Of a stretch of 20,000 nt of DNA, positions 1 to 7,340 are shown in pieces (positions within the stretch are counted from its first letter, which is position 1; the number at the start of each line of letters is the position of its first letter). Below the pieces are notes generated by a model. The model was given only the letters and a program-made list of their open reading frames with translations, searched no databases and was not told where the DNA came from. The translations under genes were made by a program, and so were the position numbers. Origin of the DNA: an uncultured virus (IMG/VR IMGVR_UViG_2927661242_000003) (lineage: Duplodnaviria > Heunggongvirae > Uroviricota > Caudoviricetes); IMG/VR virus record IMGVR_UViG_2927661242_000003; one strand, 5' to 3'.

Positions 1-1548
1 GCCAACGATGAACACCCGCAGCCCGTACTTGGCGGCCTTGGTGTTGTCCTGGGTGGTGTCTGCGGACTGCGCCGGCTTGGTGAAGATCTCCCGGTCCCGG
101 CTGTCGATGGACGCGCCCTTGATCGCCATGATGTTGAAGCGCTGCCGGTCCCGCACGTAGGTGTACACCGCATCACTGGTGTTGCCGTCCGAGCTGTCGA
201 GGCTCACCGCCGACACCGCGATCTGGGCGCCGCCATCCACCGGAATCGGTGTAGCAATGATCTTGTCTAGTTCGGACCAAACTGAGTCATGCGGGTCTAT
301 CGGGTTGCCCGGAAGCTCACCCCAGTACAACCGCCACGACTCCTCCCCCCTGCCCCAGCCCACGATCACCAGGGCCAGGCGGTCGCCCTGGACGTCCACA
401 CCCACCGTCACCAGTAGCACGCCCCTGGGCGCGGTCAGTTCGGCGTAGGGCTCGGCGCGCTTCTCCAGGTCGTCGGTCTTGGGCGCGTTGCCCTTGTACT
501 CGTAGCTTTCACCCATCGAGCTGTTGGTGAAGGCGATCATAGGGCCAATGTTGCCGTTCGAGGCGGCATGCTCGGCCTGCAGCTTCTTCTCCATCAGGAC
601 TTCGAAGCGTGAGCCGTGGAAAGTGGCATACAGCTCGTTGATAATGTAACCCGCGATCCCGCGAAACTCGGTAGTCGCTTCCCAGCGGCCGTGCTTGAGG
701 TTCGCGTTCTTCTGGTGGTCATCCCAGATGGCGCTGCAATGCGGGCAGACATAGAACGCCGTTTCGGGGCGGCGCTTGCCATAGACCTCATGGAAATAGT
801 GCGGATCTTCATCGCAGTGCAGATGTTCGAAGCTCAGGGCGTGGGCCTGCCCGCATTCGTGACACGGCACCAGGCCGATACGCTTGTCCGACAGCTCCAG
901 CTCAGCATCGATTGCCGACAGCCCCTTGATGGTCGGGGTGCCGCCGATGATGATCTTGGAGCGGCGGAAGGTCTTCAAACGCTCCTTGGCCAACTTGATG
1001 CTGTCCCCCTGCCCCCTCAAGTTGAGGTTGCAATCGTCGGGCTCCTCCACCGCCACCCGAGGCACCGGCGTCGACTTCACGCTGGCCGGGCTGTTGGACC
1101 CGACCATTTTCAGGAAACCACCGGGAAAGCGCTTGAAGTCCTGGCGCTGCTGCAGCTTGCGGCTGCGCAGGTCGACCTTCTTTCGCAGCCGTGGGGTTGC
1201 CTCGATCATTGGTTCCAGCTTCTCGGCCACATACTGCTTGGCGGCTTCGGCCTTGGGAAATAGGATCAGGATCGGCGAAGGGTCTAGGTCGATCCACTTG
1301 CCGATGGCATTACCCATCACCCCCGAGGTCCAGGCAACCTGGGCCGACTTGCGACCGACGATCTCGACCACGTTCGGATCGTCCAGCGCTTCAAGCGGGC
1401 CGCCTGGCCAGATCAGGTGGGGCGTCTTGTCAAAGCGGTACTTACCCGGGGTTGCGGACTCCTCCGGAGCCAGCCAACGGAACCGGTCGGCCCACTCGAT
1501 AACGCTCATGCGTGGCGGCGGGGCCCACTTGCGACAGGCCCGGCGCAT
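1..1548 (-). CDS. Terminase large subunit, lambda GpA family (3' end runs off the window)
   Basis: Absent from the ORF track, translated by hand from ATG 1548: MRRACRKWAPPPRMSVIEWADRFRWL...GKYRFDKTP...RKSAQVAWT...GSNSPASVKSTP...VEEPD...GGTPT...VPCHECG...VCPHC...VGVDVQGDRL...IKG...GLRVFIVG. The stretches translated are in one frame down to base 1. In-frame upstream starts overlapping the small subunit gene are possible. Confidence 0.93.
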   Translation of the reverse strand, partial: MRRACRKWAPPPRMSVIEWADRFRWLAPEESATPGKYRFDKTPHLIWPGGPLEALDDPNVVEIVGRKSAQVAWTSGVMGNAIGKWIDLDPSPILILFPKAEAAKQYVAEKLEPMIEATPRLRKKVDLRSRKLQQRQDFKRFPGGFLKMVGSNSPASVKSTPVPRVAVEEPDDCNLNLRGQGDSIKLAKERLKTFRRSKIIIGGTPTIKGLSAIDAELELSDKRIGLVPCHECGQAHALSFEHLHCDEDPHYFHEVYGKRRPETAFYVCPHCSAIWDDHQKNANLKHGRWEATTEFRGIAGYIINELYATFHGSRFEVLMEKKLQAEHAASNGNIGPMIAFTNSSMGESYEYKGNAPKTDDLEKRAEPYAELTAPRGVLLVTVGVDVQGDRLALVIVGWGRGEESWRLYWGELPGNPIDPHDSVWSELDKIIATPIPVDGGAQIAVSAVSLDSSDGNTSDAVYTYVRDRQRFNIMAIKGASIDSRDREIFTKPAQSADTTQDNTKAAKYGLRVFIVG

Positions 1549-1552
1549 GCCC

Positions 1553-2074
1553 TTAATCGCCGTTTTCTTCAGCGCCTTCCGCGTCGTCTGGCTGGTCAAG
1601 ATCCCCATCGAGATCGCCATCGTCCTCATAGGCGGACAACCTCCTCAGTATCAGTTCGATGGGCTCACGAACCAGTTGATCGTCCACCTCGACGCCGTAG
1701 CGAGCGGACAAGGTGGCCGCCAGTTCATCAGGAAAGGTGTTGAGCAGTTCGATCTTGGCAGCGGTGATTACCGCTTCGAAGCGCTGGACGATCTCGGCTT
1801 CAATCACGACCTCGCCCAGGTCCTTGGCCAGCGCCAGCTCCTCGCGGTCGCCGCGTATCCTGTCGAGCCGGTCACGGGTGGATTCCTTCTTGCCATTCAA
1901 GGCCGCTTGGCGCATCAGCCACTCGATCACCGCCTGGGTGTCGTACTGGTTCTCGTTGCCGCGCCCTACCCCGAACTCGATAACCGGCATACCTTCGTTC
2001 TGCCACCGACTCAGGGTGCGTTCATCACGACCGACGATCTCGGCGAGTTCCAGTTTGCTGACTGTCTTGCCCAT
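1553..2074 (-). CDS. Terminase small subunit, Nu1-like
   Basis: 173 aa with an N-terminal winged HTH (VSKLELAEIVGRDERTLSRWQNEGMP...GRGNENQYDT), a coiled coil and an acidic tail. Lies directly upstream of the GpA-like gene. Confidence 0.92.
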   Translation of the reverse strand: MGKTVSKLELAEIVGRDERTLSRWQNEGMPVIEFGVGRGNENQYDTQAVIEWLMRQAALNGKKESTRDRLDRIRGDREELALAKDLGEVVIEAEIVQRFEAVITAAKIELLNTFPDELAATLSARYGVEVDDQLVREPIELILRRLSAYEDDGDLDGDLDQPDDAEGAEENGD

Positions 2075-2133
2075 TGCTAAGTCCTTGAAAAGACGGACAT
2101 CCCTGCACCAATCTCAGCTGCAGGGAAACCGCG

Positions 2134-2175
2134 AGTTCGCTAACCCGTGTAGGGGCCGGCCCCGGGGGAGGACCC
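2134..2175 (-). other. Predicted cos packaging site (cosQ 2169-2175, cosN 12-mer 2134-2145)
   Basis: The minus strand reads GGGTCCT-N23-GGTTAGCGAACT-CGCGG. Lambda reads GGGTCCT-N23-GGGCGGCGACCT-CGCGG. The site is 60 bp upstream of the small terminase start. Confidence 0.8.
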
Positions 2176-2223
2176 AAAAATCTGGAAATCCGGCCCAGCC
2201 CGCCAGGGCCTCGCCCCTACCAT

Positions 2224-2565
2224 TCAGGCCGTCCCGCCGCTGGGTGGCTGCTCCGAGACGCCGATCCGCTTCGCCGCCCACCGCTCGTACAGGCCAATTG
2301 CAACATCCGCCCCGGCCATCGCCGTCAGGCAGCCGAAGGCGCCCGCCGTCCAAATCGACACACCGGCGCCGATCAGAAGCATCATTGCTGCCATACCGCA
2401 GACGATGCAGGCACCGGACCGCAGCGCGAGACGACGCACCAGGGCCCAACCTCGCGCCCCTTCCTTGTCTGCTCGCCACATCTCCCCGGAAACCCCGCCC
2501 ACCAGGGAAAGAACGATCACCAACCAGATCGGCATCTCTGCCAGCGCTTGTTGCTCATTAGTCAT
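2224..2565 (-). CDS. Phage holin (Pseudomonas tailocin/prophage type)
   Basis: 113 aa with three hydrophobic segments. MTNEQQALAEMPIWLVIVL...GGVSGEMWRADK...AMAGADVAIGLYERWAAKR is recognised as the Pseudomonas holin family. GAGG RBS upstream; first gene of the late operon. Confidence 0.88.
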   Translation of the reverse strand: MTNEQQALAEMPIWLVIVLSLVGGVSGEMWRADKEGARGWALVRRLALRSGACIVCGMAAMMLLIGAGVSIWTAGAFGCLTAMAGADVAIGLYERWAAKRIGVSEQPPSGGTA

Positions 2566-2600
2566 GTTGTGCCTCGAATGATTGAGCGCGGCAGACGCCG

Positions 2601-2636
2601 AAAAAAGAAAACCCCGCCAGGGAAGGCAGGGTTTTC
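2601..2636 (-). terminator. Intrinsic terminator in the late leader (tR'-like)
   Basis: Minus strand GAAAACCCTGCC-TTCCCT-GGCGGGGTTTTC-TTTTTT: a 12-bp stem with one G-U pair followed by a U tract, 35 nt before the holin ATG. Confidence 0.8.
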
Positions 2637-2764
2637 AGTGTCCTGGCTTGCGCCAAGGCGGGGTGCACAGCACGTGCTCGGTGAGCGCCAAGGCGCAAAT
2701 TGCATATCGTGGGGACTTTTTACCCCTCTCCGGAAAAACCGAAAAGGGGTCATTTTCGGTTGTT

Positions 2765-2804
2765 CAACTCCACGCAACTTTGACGCAACTTTGGCTCACC
2801 TTTG
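2765..2804. repeat. Tandem ~11-bp repeats upstream of the late leader (candidate regulator binding sites)
   Basis: ACGCAACTTTG at 2772-2782 and 2783-2793, with degenerate flanking copies (CAACTCC, CACCTTTG). Confidence 0.5.
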
Positions 2805-2827
2805 AGGTAAACCACCCCGACGAACGG

Positions 2828-3310
2828 TCAGCAGGCTTGCCGGCGTTTCACCGTCGAAACCCGGGTCAGATCCGTTTCAGCATGCCCACTGCGGCGAGTG
2901 ATACCGCGTGTCGTAGCGCTGCGCACGGTGAGAATGAGCTGCACCTGCTGATGCAGCCGATGAACCCAGTTTCGGTAGGTCCGATCAGCATCCTCAGATA
3001 GCCCCAGCAGCGCCAACTGAGCGCGAACAGTCAGGGGCCTTTCCGGCAGGTAACGGTTGTACGCCAGCTTGGCCAACTGGGCGCCCTTCTCTGATTGGCG
3101 CTCAAGTTGTGCAAGCGCCGCTGCAACTTCGCAGGCAATGTGATCCATACCGGCACCACCACCAGGCAAGCGAGGCCCCGGCGTGCCACGGGGAGCGCTG
3201 CCACCCCACTCCATGATCGTCGCCATTGGGCTGCCCAGCCCGCCGCCTTCACCAAGCCGGCAGCACTGGTGGCCCCAATGCTTCATCAGTTCTTCGATTT
3301 CCTCAATCAT
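2828..3310 (-). CDS. Putative late-gene regulator (Q-position; PA0613-like)
   Basis: 160 aa from ATG 3310 (MIEEIEELMKHWG...) with a C-terminal HTH-like segment (LLGLSEDADRTYRNWVHRLHQQV). Last early gene before a terminator-containing late leader. Function is inferred from position. Confidence 0.65.
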   Translation of the reverse strand: MIEEIEELMKHWGHQCCRLGEGGGLGSPMATIMEWGGSAPRGTPGPRLPGGGAGMDHIACEVAAALAQLERQSEKGAQLAKLAYNRYLPERPLTVRAQLALLGLSEDADRTYRNWVHRLHQQVQLILTVRSATTRGITRRSGHAETDLTRVSTVKRRQAC

Positions 3311-3642
3311 CGCGCCATCCCCCTGGAAATCGAACCCGACACAAAAAACGCCATACCCAACACAAACCCAACACAAATAAATCCCTTTAAAATCAATATC
3401 TTTATCAACTTTGAGTTAGGTGTGTTGGGTGTGTTGGGTTTATCGGTCCTCGCATGAGAAGGAATTCCAGCGCCACGTTCACCAACAAAGAACGTCACGC
3501 ATGCGCGCATGCGAAGCAAAACCCAACACACCCAACACACAGCCCGCAAACCCGCGAAATTGAAGGGCAAAACCTGTGTTGGGTTTGCAATATCGACCCG
3601 ACACACAACCAACACACCCGACACACATTCAGACGCAGTCAT
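3307..3642 (-). CDS. Possible 111-aa ORF spanning the iteron array
   Basis: Open frame with ATGA overlaps at both ends (3639-3642 with the primase stop, 3307-3310 with the regulator start) and AAGGGG upstream. The protein sequence is dictated by the repeats. Confidence 0.35.
   Translation of the reverse strand: MTASECVSGVLVVCRVDIANPTQVLPFNFAGLRAVCWVCWVLLRMRACVTFFVGERGAGIPSHARTDKPNTPNTPNSKLIKILILKGFICVGFVLGMAFFVSGSISRGMAR
3334..3625. repeat. Iteron array, probable phage replication origin
   Basis: ACCCRACACA starts at 3334, 3355, 3366, 3521, 3530, 3596, 3607 (1 mismatch) and 3616. Inverted copies (TGTGTTGGGT) start at 3421, 3430 and 3575. AT-rich tract at 3376-3418 and a perfect palindrome CGCATGCGCGCATGCG at 3498-3513. 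Lies immediately downstream of the primase-helicase. Confidence 0.85.
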
Positions 3643-6335
3643 GTTGCTGGCCCCTTTACATGGTCCCAGTTGTCCACGTTCCAGCCCGCCAACCGCGCCT
3701 TGGCCCGCCAGTTCTCCACCTGCTTGCCCAGCTCGGCCGCTTTCATTGATGGGGGTGGGGAAGCATTCGGATCGACAGGAAAGAAGAACGCACCAAACCG
3801 CCGGTTGTTGCCATCGGTCCAGGGGATTGCCCGCGTCTTATCCACCTCGGAACTGATGAACAGCGAGAACTTGGTCTGGCTCATCACATGTTCCTTGTTG
3901 CGCTGACACCACTCAAGGAACAGCGAATAGAGGTCTGTGGACAGGCACGGCCCCCAAAGGCCGTGCCCCAGCTCGCTGTACTTCCATAGGTGCAGGAAGG
4001 TTTGCCAGCCGGCCCGACTCAAGGCCACCAGGCGCTCCCGGGCCTCAGTTGACGGTGGTCGCGTGCGTTGGTTGAAGTCGCCCAAGTCAATCGACAGAAG
4101 CCAGCCATACAGCGCGGCAACGCCGCCCTGCTCAAGCTCGCGCCCGATTGCCTTCTGCCGCTCCACCGGCAGGGTTTCCATGGGCCACATGACCAGCATC
4201 CGGCGGTCGCTCTCGCTGATCGGCCAGGGCAAGATCTCGTTGCTCAGGAACACCGCGTTCATGTGGTTGGCTTCTTCCCAGCCGTTGATGAACTTGGATT
4301 CCATCCGGACGGTCTTGCCGGTGATCAGGTGCTTGATCTTGCCCACCTGGTTGTACCGCTGATCACGGCTCACCACCTCTTCAAACACCGCCCACAGCTT
4401 GCGGCTCTGCCAAGCGTTGAAGTTGCTTTCCAGCTGGGTCTGCCCCACGGTCGCTGCGTACTGTCCGTAAAGCATGCCCAGGGCATCGGCGAACAGCAGG
4501 CTTTTGCCCGACCCTTCCATGATCGAATGCATCAACACGGCGGTGTCCATCTTGGCGCCCAGGTGCTGTAGCGGGTACGCCAACCAGCGTGTCAGCCACT
4601 GGGCCGCCGCTTCGTCGTGGTTGCACAGAAACGAGATCAGCCAACGCAAGTTGGCACAGGCGGCATCATCCCTGACGGGCTCCAGCGGCAGGCCATCAAA
4701 GGTGTTGATGTACACCGCCGGGTCCTTGGTCATGGTCGGGTCGAACACGATGTGCTCAACGTCCACCGTGCGCCGCTCGCTGCTGTTCAGCCACAGTGGA
4801 TAGGTATCGCCAAGGGCCATCTTTACCGCGCCCTCGGCTATGCGCCGTTTTTTCTCCCGGTCCCAGACATCCTTGGTCCCGTCGATGTACACATAGCGGT
4901 CAGTCGGCGACATGCCGAAGGCATCACCCTTCTTACCGGCCATGCGCCGCGCCTGCTCGATGTCGCTGACATGATCGGCGGAGATAAGCCGCTTCGCGGT
5001 GTTGTCCAGCCACTCCTTGGCGATAGGCTTGCTCACTCGCGCTTCAAATGCCGACTTCTTCATCGCCCGCGCTTGGTCGCAGTCCCACACATGCGTGGTG
5101 CCCTCGATCAGAGCAAACCGCCGCAGCACTTGATCGACCGTCAACGCCTCCCCCGCGCCCCCCATAGGAGCCGGAGCGGCCTCGCTGGCTGCGATGTCGC
5201 CACCCTGGCTCGGCCCGCTCATGTCATCAGAAGGGGGCGGGGGAAGGTCCCGGGGATCTGGGCGTGACGAATGCTGCATGCCGAGCATGCGCGCCGCCTC
5301 TTTCACCGCCCGAGACTGGTCGCCGTTGTGTTCCAGCAGGCAATAGACCTCAAACGCATCATTCTGGTGACCGTTGGCAAGCGGATCAGCGCCGTGGTGC
5401 GAGTACACTTTATGATCCTTGACCGTGATGCCCGGCATGCCGGTACTGCTTTGTGCGTACAGCCACTTGCTGCCGCGCTTGATGTAGCCGTGGGCCCGCA
5501 GCAGCTCCTCGACGTCGTGACAGCGGTTGAATTCATCAATCACCGAGGGCTTGTCGCCTTTGGGCGCCGGGCGCTTGAGCGCTTTGCCCGGGTCCTTCTT
5601 AGGCTTCGGCGCCCACGGGCAGGCCGCCTCGGCATCCCGCTTGAAGATGTCCCAGTTGTTCCAGATCGAAAGCAGCTCACCCGGCAGCACCGGCAGCCCT
5701 TCGGCCGCATTGGGCGCTTTCCGCCAGAAATAAGGCTTACCCGTGCCGGGATGAATCGACGGGGGCAACACGTCCTGCACCAGGCCGGCGCGCAGCTCCA
5801 GCACCGTGAAGCGCTGATACAGTTGCGCCTCGGCCTTCGCGGCGGCCTCCCCGGCCAAATCTCCGGATGCCTTGGCCGCCCTGGCCTGGGCCGTCAATCG
5901 CTTGTAGATCGACCCGTCCGGGTCATTTTCATTCGGCCACGAAAGCGAATGTCGGGTCAGCCCAACGCCATCCGGTACCTGGAACATCACCCGGAAGCGC
6001 GCCGGGTTACCGACCACAGTCGGAAACACCAGCGCCATTGCATCCAGGTCGATGCCTAACAGGTCGTAAAGTACGTGGCGGGTCCATTGCACATCATCGA
6101 CATCGAGCGAGCAGGCCCGACTTGGGCCCAGGACTACGCCGAGATTGTGCGCAGGATTCTTCTGCCAGAACGCATCGGCTTTGGCAGCGTCTGTGAAGTA
6201 GCCGCCGGGCTTGTTCCACCCCAGGCCCTTGGGGCCTTTCTCTCCGGGCTCGATGGGTACCAGGGACAGACCGAAGTCTTCGATGTAGCGCCGCGCCCAC
6301 TCGGCGGTGGGCGCTCCATTGGCCTGATCAATCAT
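3639..6335 (-). CDS. Bifunctional primase/polymerase (Prim-Pol) fused to an SF3/DUF5906-type helicase
   Basis: N-terminal LVPIEPGEKGP...NLGVVLG...SLDVDD...ELRAG..QDVLPPSIHP (AEP Prim-Pol motifs). C-terminal EGSGKS, VFEEV and FLSN helicase motifs. Start placed at the ATGA overlap with the upstream gene; 898 aa. Confidence 0.9.
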   Translation of the reverse strand: MIDQANGAPTAEWARRYIEDFGLSLVPIEPGEKGPKGLGWNKPGGYFTDAAKADAFWQKNPAHNLGVVLGPSRACSLDVDDVQWTRHVLYDLLGIDLDAMALVFPTVVGNPARFRVMFQVPDGVGLTRHSLSWPNENDPDGSIYKRLTAQARAAKASGDLAGEAAAKAEAQLYQRFTVLELRAGLVQDVLPPSIHPGTGKPYFWRKAPNAAEGLPVLPGELLSIWNNWDIFKRDAEAACPWAPKPKKDPGKALKRPAPKGDKPSVIDEFNRCHDVEELLRAHGYIKRGSKWLYAQSSTGMPGITVKDHKVYSHHGADPLANGHQNDAFEVYCLLEHNGDQSRAVKEAARMLGMQHSSRPDPRDLPPPPSDDMSGPSQGGDIAASEAAPAPMGGAGEALTVDQVLRRFALIEGTTHVWDCDQARAMKKSAFEARVSKPIAKEWLDNTAKRLISADHVSDIEQARRMAGKKGDAFGMSPTDRYVYIDGTKDVWDREKKRRIAEGAVKMALGDTYPLWLNSSERRTVDVEHIVFDPTMTKDPAVYINTFDGLPLEPVRDDAACANLRWLISFLCNHDEAAAQWLTRWLAYPLQHLGAKMDTAVLMHSIMEGSGKSLLFADALGMLYGQYAATVGQTQLESNFNAWQSRKLWAVFEEVVSRDQRYNQVGKIKHLITGKTVRMESKFINGWEEANHMNAVFLSNEILPWPISESDRRMLVMWPMETLPVERQKAIGRELEQGGVAALYGWLLSIDLGDFNQRTRPPSTEARERLVALSRAGWQTFLHLWKYSELGHGLWGPCLSTDLYSLFLEWCQRNKEHVMSQTKFSLFISSEVDKTRAIPWTDGNNRRFGAFFFPVDPNASPPPSMKAAELGKQVENWRAKARLAGWNVDNWDHVKGPAT

Positions 6336-6538
6336 CCGTTCCGCTCCCGCCACCCCTGACAAAGAATGCAGGTTTCGCACCCTTCAATCGCCTGCTGGCG
6401 GAGCAGCGGAATCGGTTCGCCGCAGTCCTCGCAGAACTGGGCACTGACCCGGTTCGACGGAAACACTCGATTGCGGTGGATGGCAACGTCCAACAGATAC
6501 TGTGCCTGATCATTTGCCCGGTCGATGTCATCAGCCAT
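6332..6538 (-). CDS. TraR/DksA C4-type zinc finger protein (PtrB-like)
   Basis: MADDIDRA...CEDCGEPIPLLRQQAIEGCETCILCQ carries the DxxDxA and C4 zinc finger signature. Confidence 0.92.
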   Translation of the reverse strand: MADDIDRANDQAQYLLDVAIHRNRVFPSNRVSAQFCEDCGEPIPLLRQQAIEGCETCILCQGWRERNG

Positions 6539-7019
6539 GGTCGTGCCCTTCCATAGCTGCGCGGGCACCTGCCATGATCCCGAGTACAGCTCGGATCACA
6601 TCGACGCCATGTTTATCCAGGGTCGCCACTTCGTGCGGCTCCCAGATGCTGTCAGCTGCCCCGGCGTGCATGCTCGAAACGAACTCACCGGTTTCCGCGA
6701 GCAACTTGCCGACGGCCTTAAGCGCATCACCTGTAGCAGGCACCGGAACTGGCTTGTACCAAACCACCCCTGCCGGACGCATCAGCGCATCGAGCAAAAG
6801 CGGGTACTGAGTGAGCCTGATGACCTCTTCAAGGTCATCAGGGGTCAGCCAGCGGCGTTCCTCATTGAATTTCAGCTTCTTCTGCAGCTCGTCGTACTCC
6901 ATGACCATGTCATGGGCCAGCGAGGTGATTCCGCCGTGATAGTCGCGCCCGGCACGATAAAGTGCCTCACGCAGAGAAAGGACCGGACCCGCGTCCGGCA
7001 ACAGATCTGTGCGACTCAT
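6531..7019 (-). CDS. Phage regulatory CII-family protein
   Basis: 162 aa from ATG 7019 with an HTH-like GGITSLAHDMVMEYDELQKKL...LTPDDLEEV segment and a C-terminal EFV...AADSIWEPHE typical of 186/CP76-type CII. Lies downstream of cro. Confidence 0.75.
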   Translation of the reverse strand: MSRTDLLPDAGPVLSLREALYRAGRDYHGGITSLAHDMVMEYDELQKKLKFNEERRWLTPDDLEEVIRLTQYPLLLDALMRPAGVVWYKPVPVPATGDALKAVGKLLAETGEFVSSMHAGAADSIWEPHEVATLDKHGVDVIRAVLGIMAGARAAMEGHDHG

Positions 7020-7020
7020 A

Positions 7021-7073
7021 ACCGTAAATGCCCCTGTTACGGTGTAGCCAGACGTTAGGGCGCGCCCTATCAT
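7021..7073 (+). promoter_or_regulatory. Candidate establishment (pE/pRE-like) promoter with upstream inverted repeat
   Basis: ACCGTAA-N9-TTACGGT (7021-7043) lies next to TAGCCA(7045-50)-N17-TATCAT(7068-73). It points toward cI, antisense to cro, with a predicted start near 7080. Confidence 0.5.
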
Positions 7074-7084
7074 CCAACCCACGA

Positions 7085-7336
7085 CCGGTGTGCTGTGCGA
7101 ATCGTGCTGTGCAGCACGGCTCATCGTTCCAGTCGATCCGGGGAATTCTTGTGGTGAGAGGCCCCGGACCGACGCCTATGCGGCGACTTGCATGTACCTC
7201 GTGTAAGTCGCTGCAGCCGGCCTGGTGTTTCTTTGGTGAGAGGTTCCAGGCCGGTGTTTCAAGTGGCGGCATGTATGTGCTGGTGCTGCCACCGCTGGAC
7301 CGGGGGATTCTTGTGGTGAGAGGCCCCGGACCAGCA
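7085..7336. ncRNA. Structured multi-hairpin array (putative regulatory RNA; functional strand unresolved)
   Basis: Hairpins at about 7085-7119, 7132-7173, 7179-7215, 7217-7254, 7263-7292 and 7294-7335. TGGTGAGAGG occurs at 7152, 7234 and 7314 (period 80-82 nt). A 26-bp exact repeat spans 7145-7170 and 7307-7332. Confidence 0.6.
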
Positions 7337-7340
7337 CCCT

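Noticed and set aside
1..1548. Terminase pseudogene (absent from the ORF track)
   Set aside because: Manual translation gives one continuous frame with intact motifs. It is missing from the track only because its stop codon lies outside the window.
161..2561. Long plus-strand ORFs (161-448, 616-1263, 884-2080, 1713-2561)
   Set aside because: Antisense shadows of the terminase and holin genes in GC-rich DNA, with no recognisable motifs.
3937..6359. Plus-strand ORFs opposite the primase-helicase
   Set aside because: Shadow frames of a well-supported minus-strand gene.
7132..7335. CRISPR-like mini-array (26-bp repeat, ~81-nt period)
   Set aside because: Only three units with a degenerate middle copy. 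The intervening sequences are themselves hairpins rather than unique spacers, and no cas gene is present in the window.
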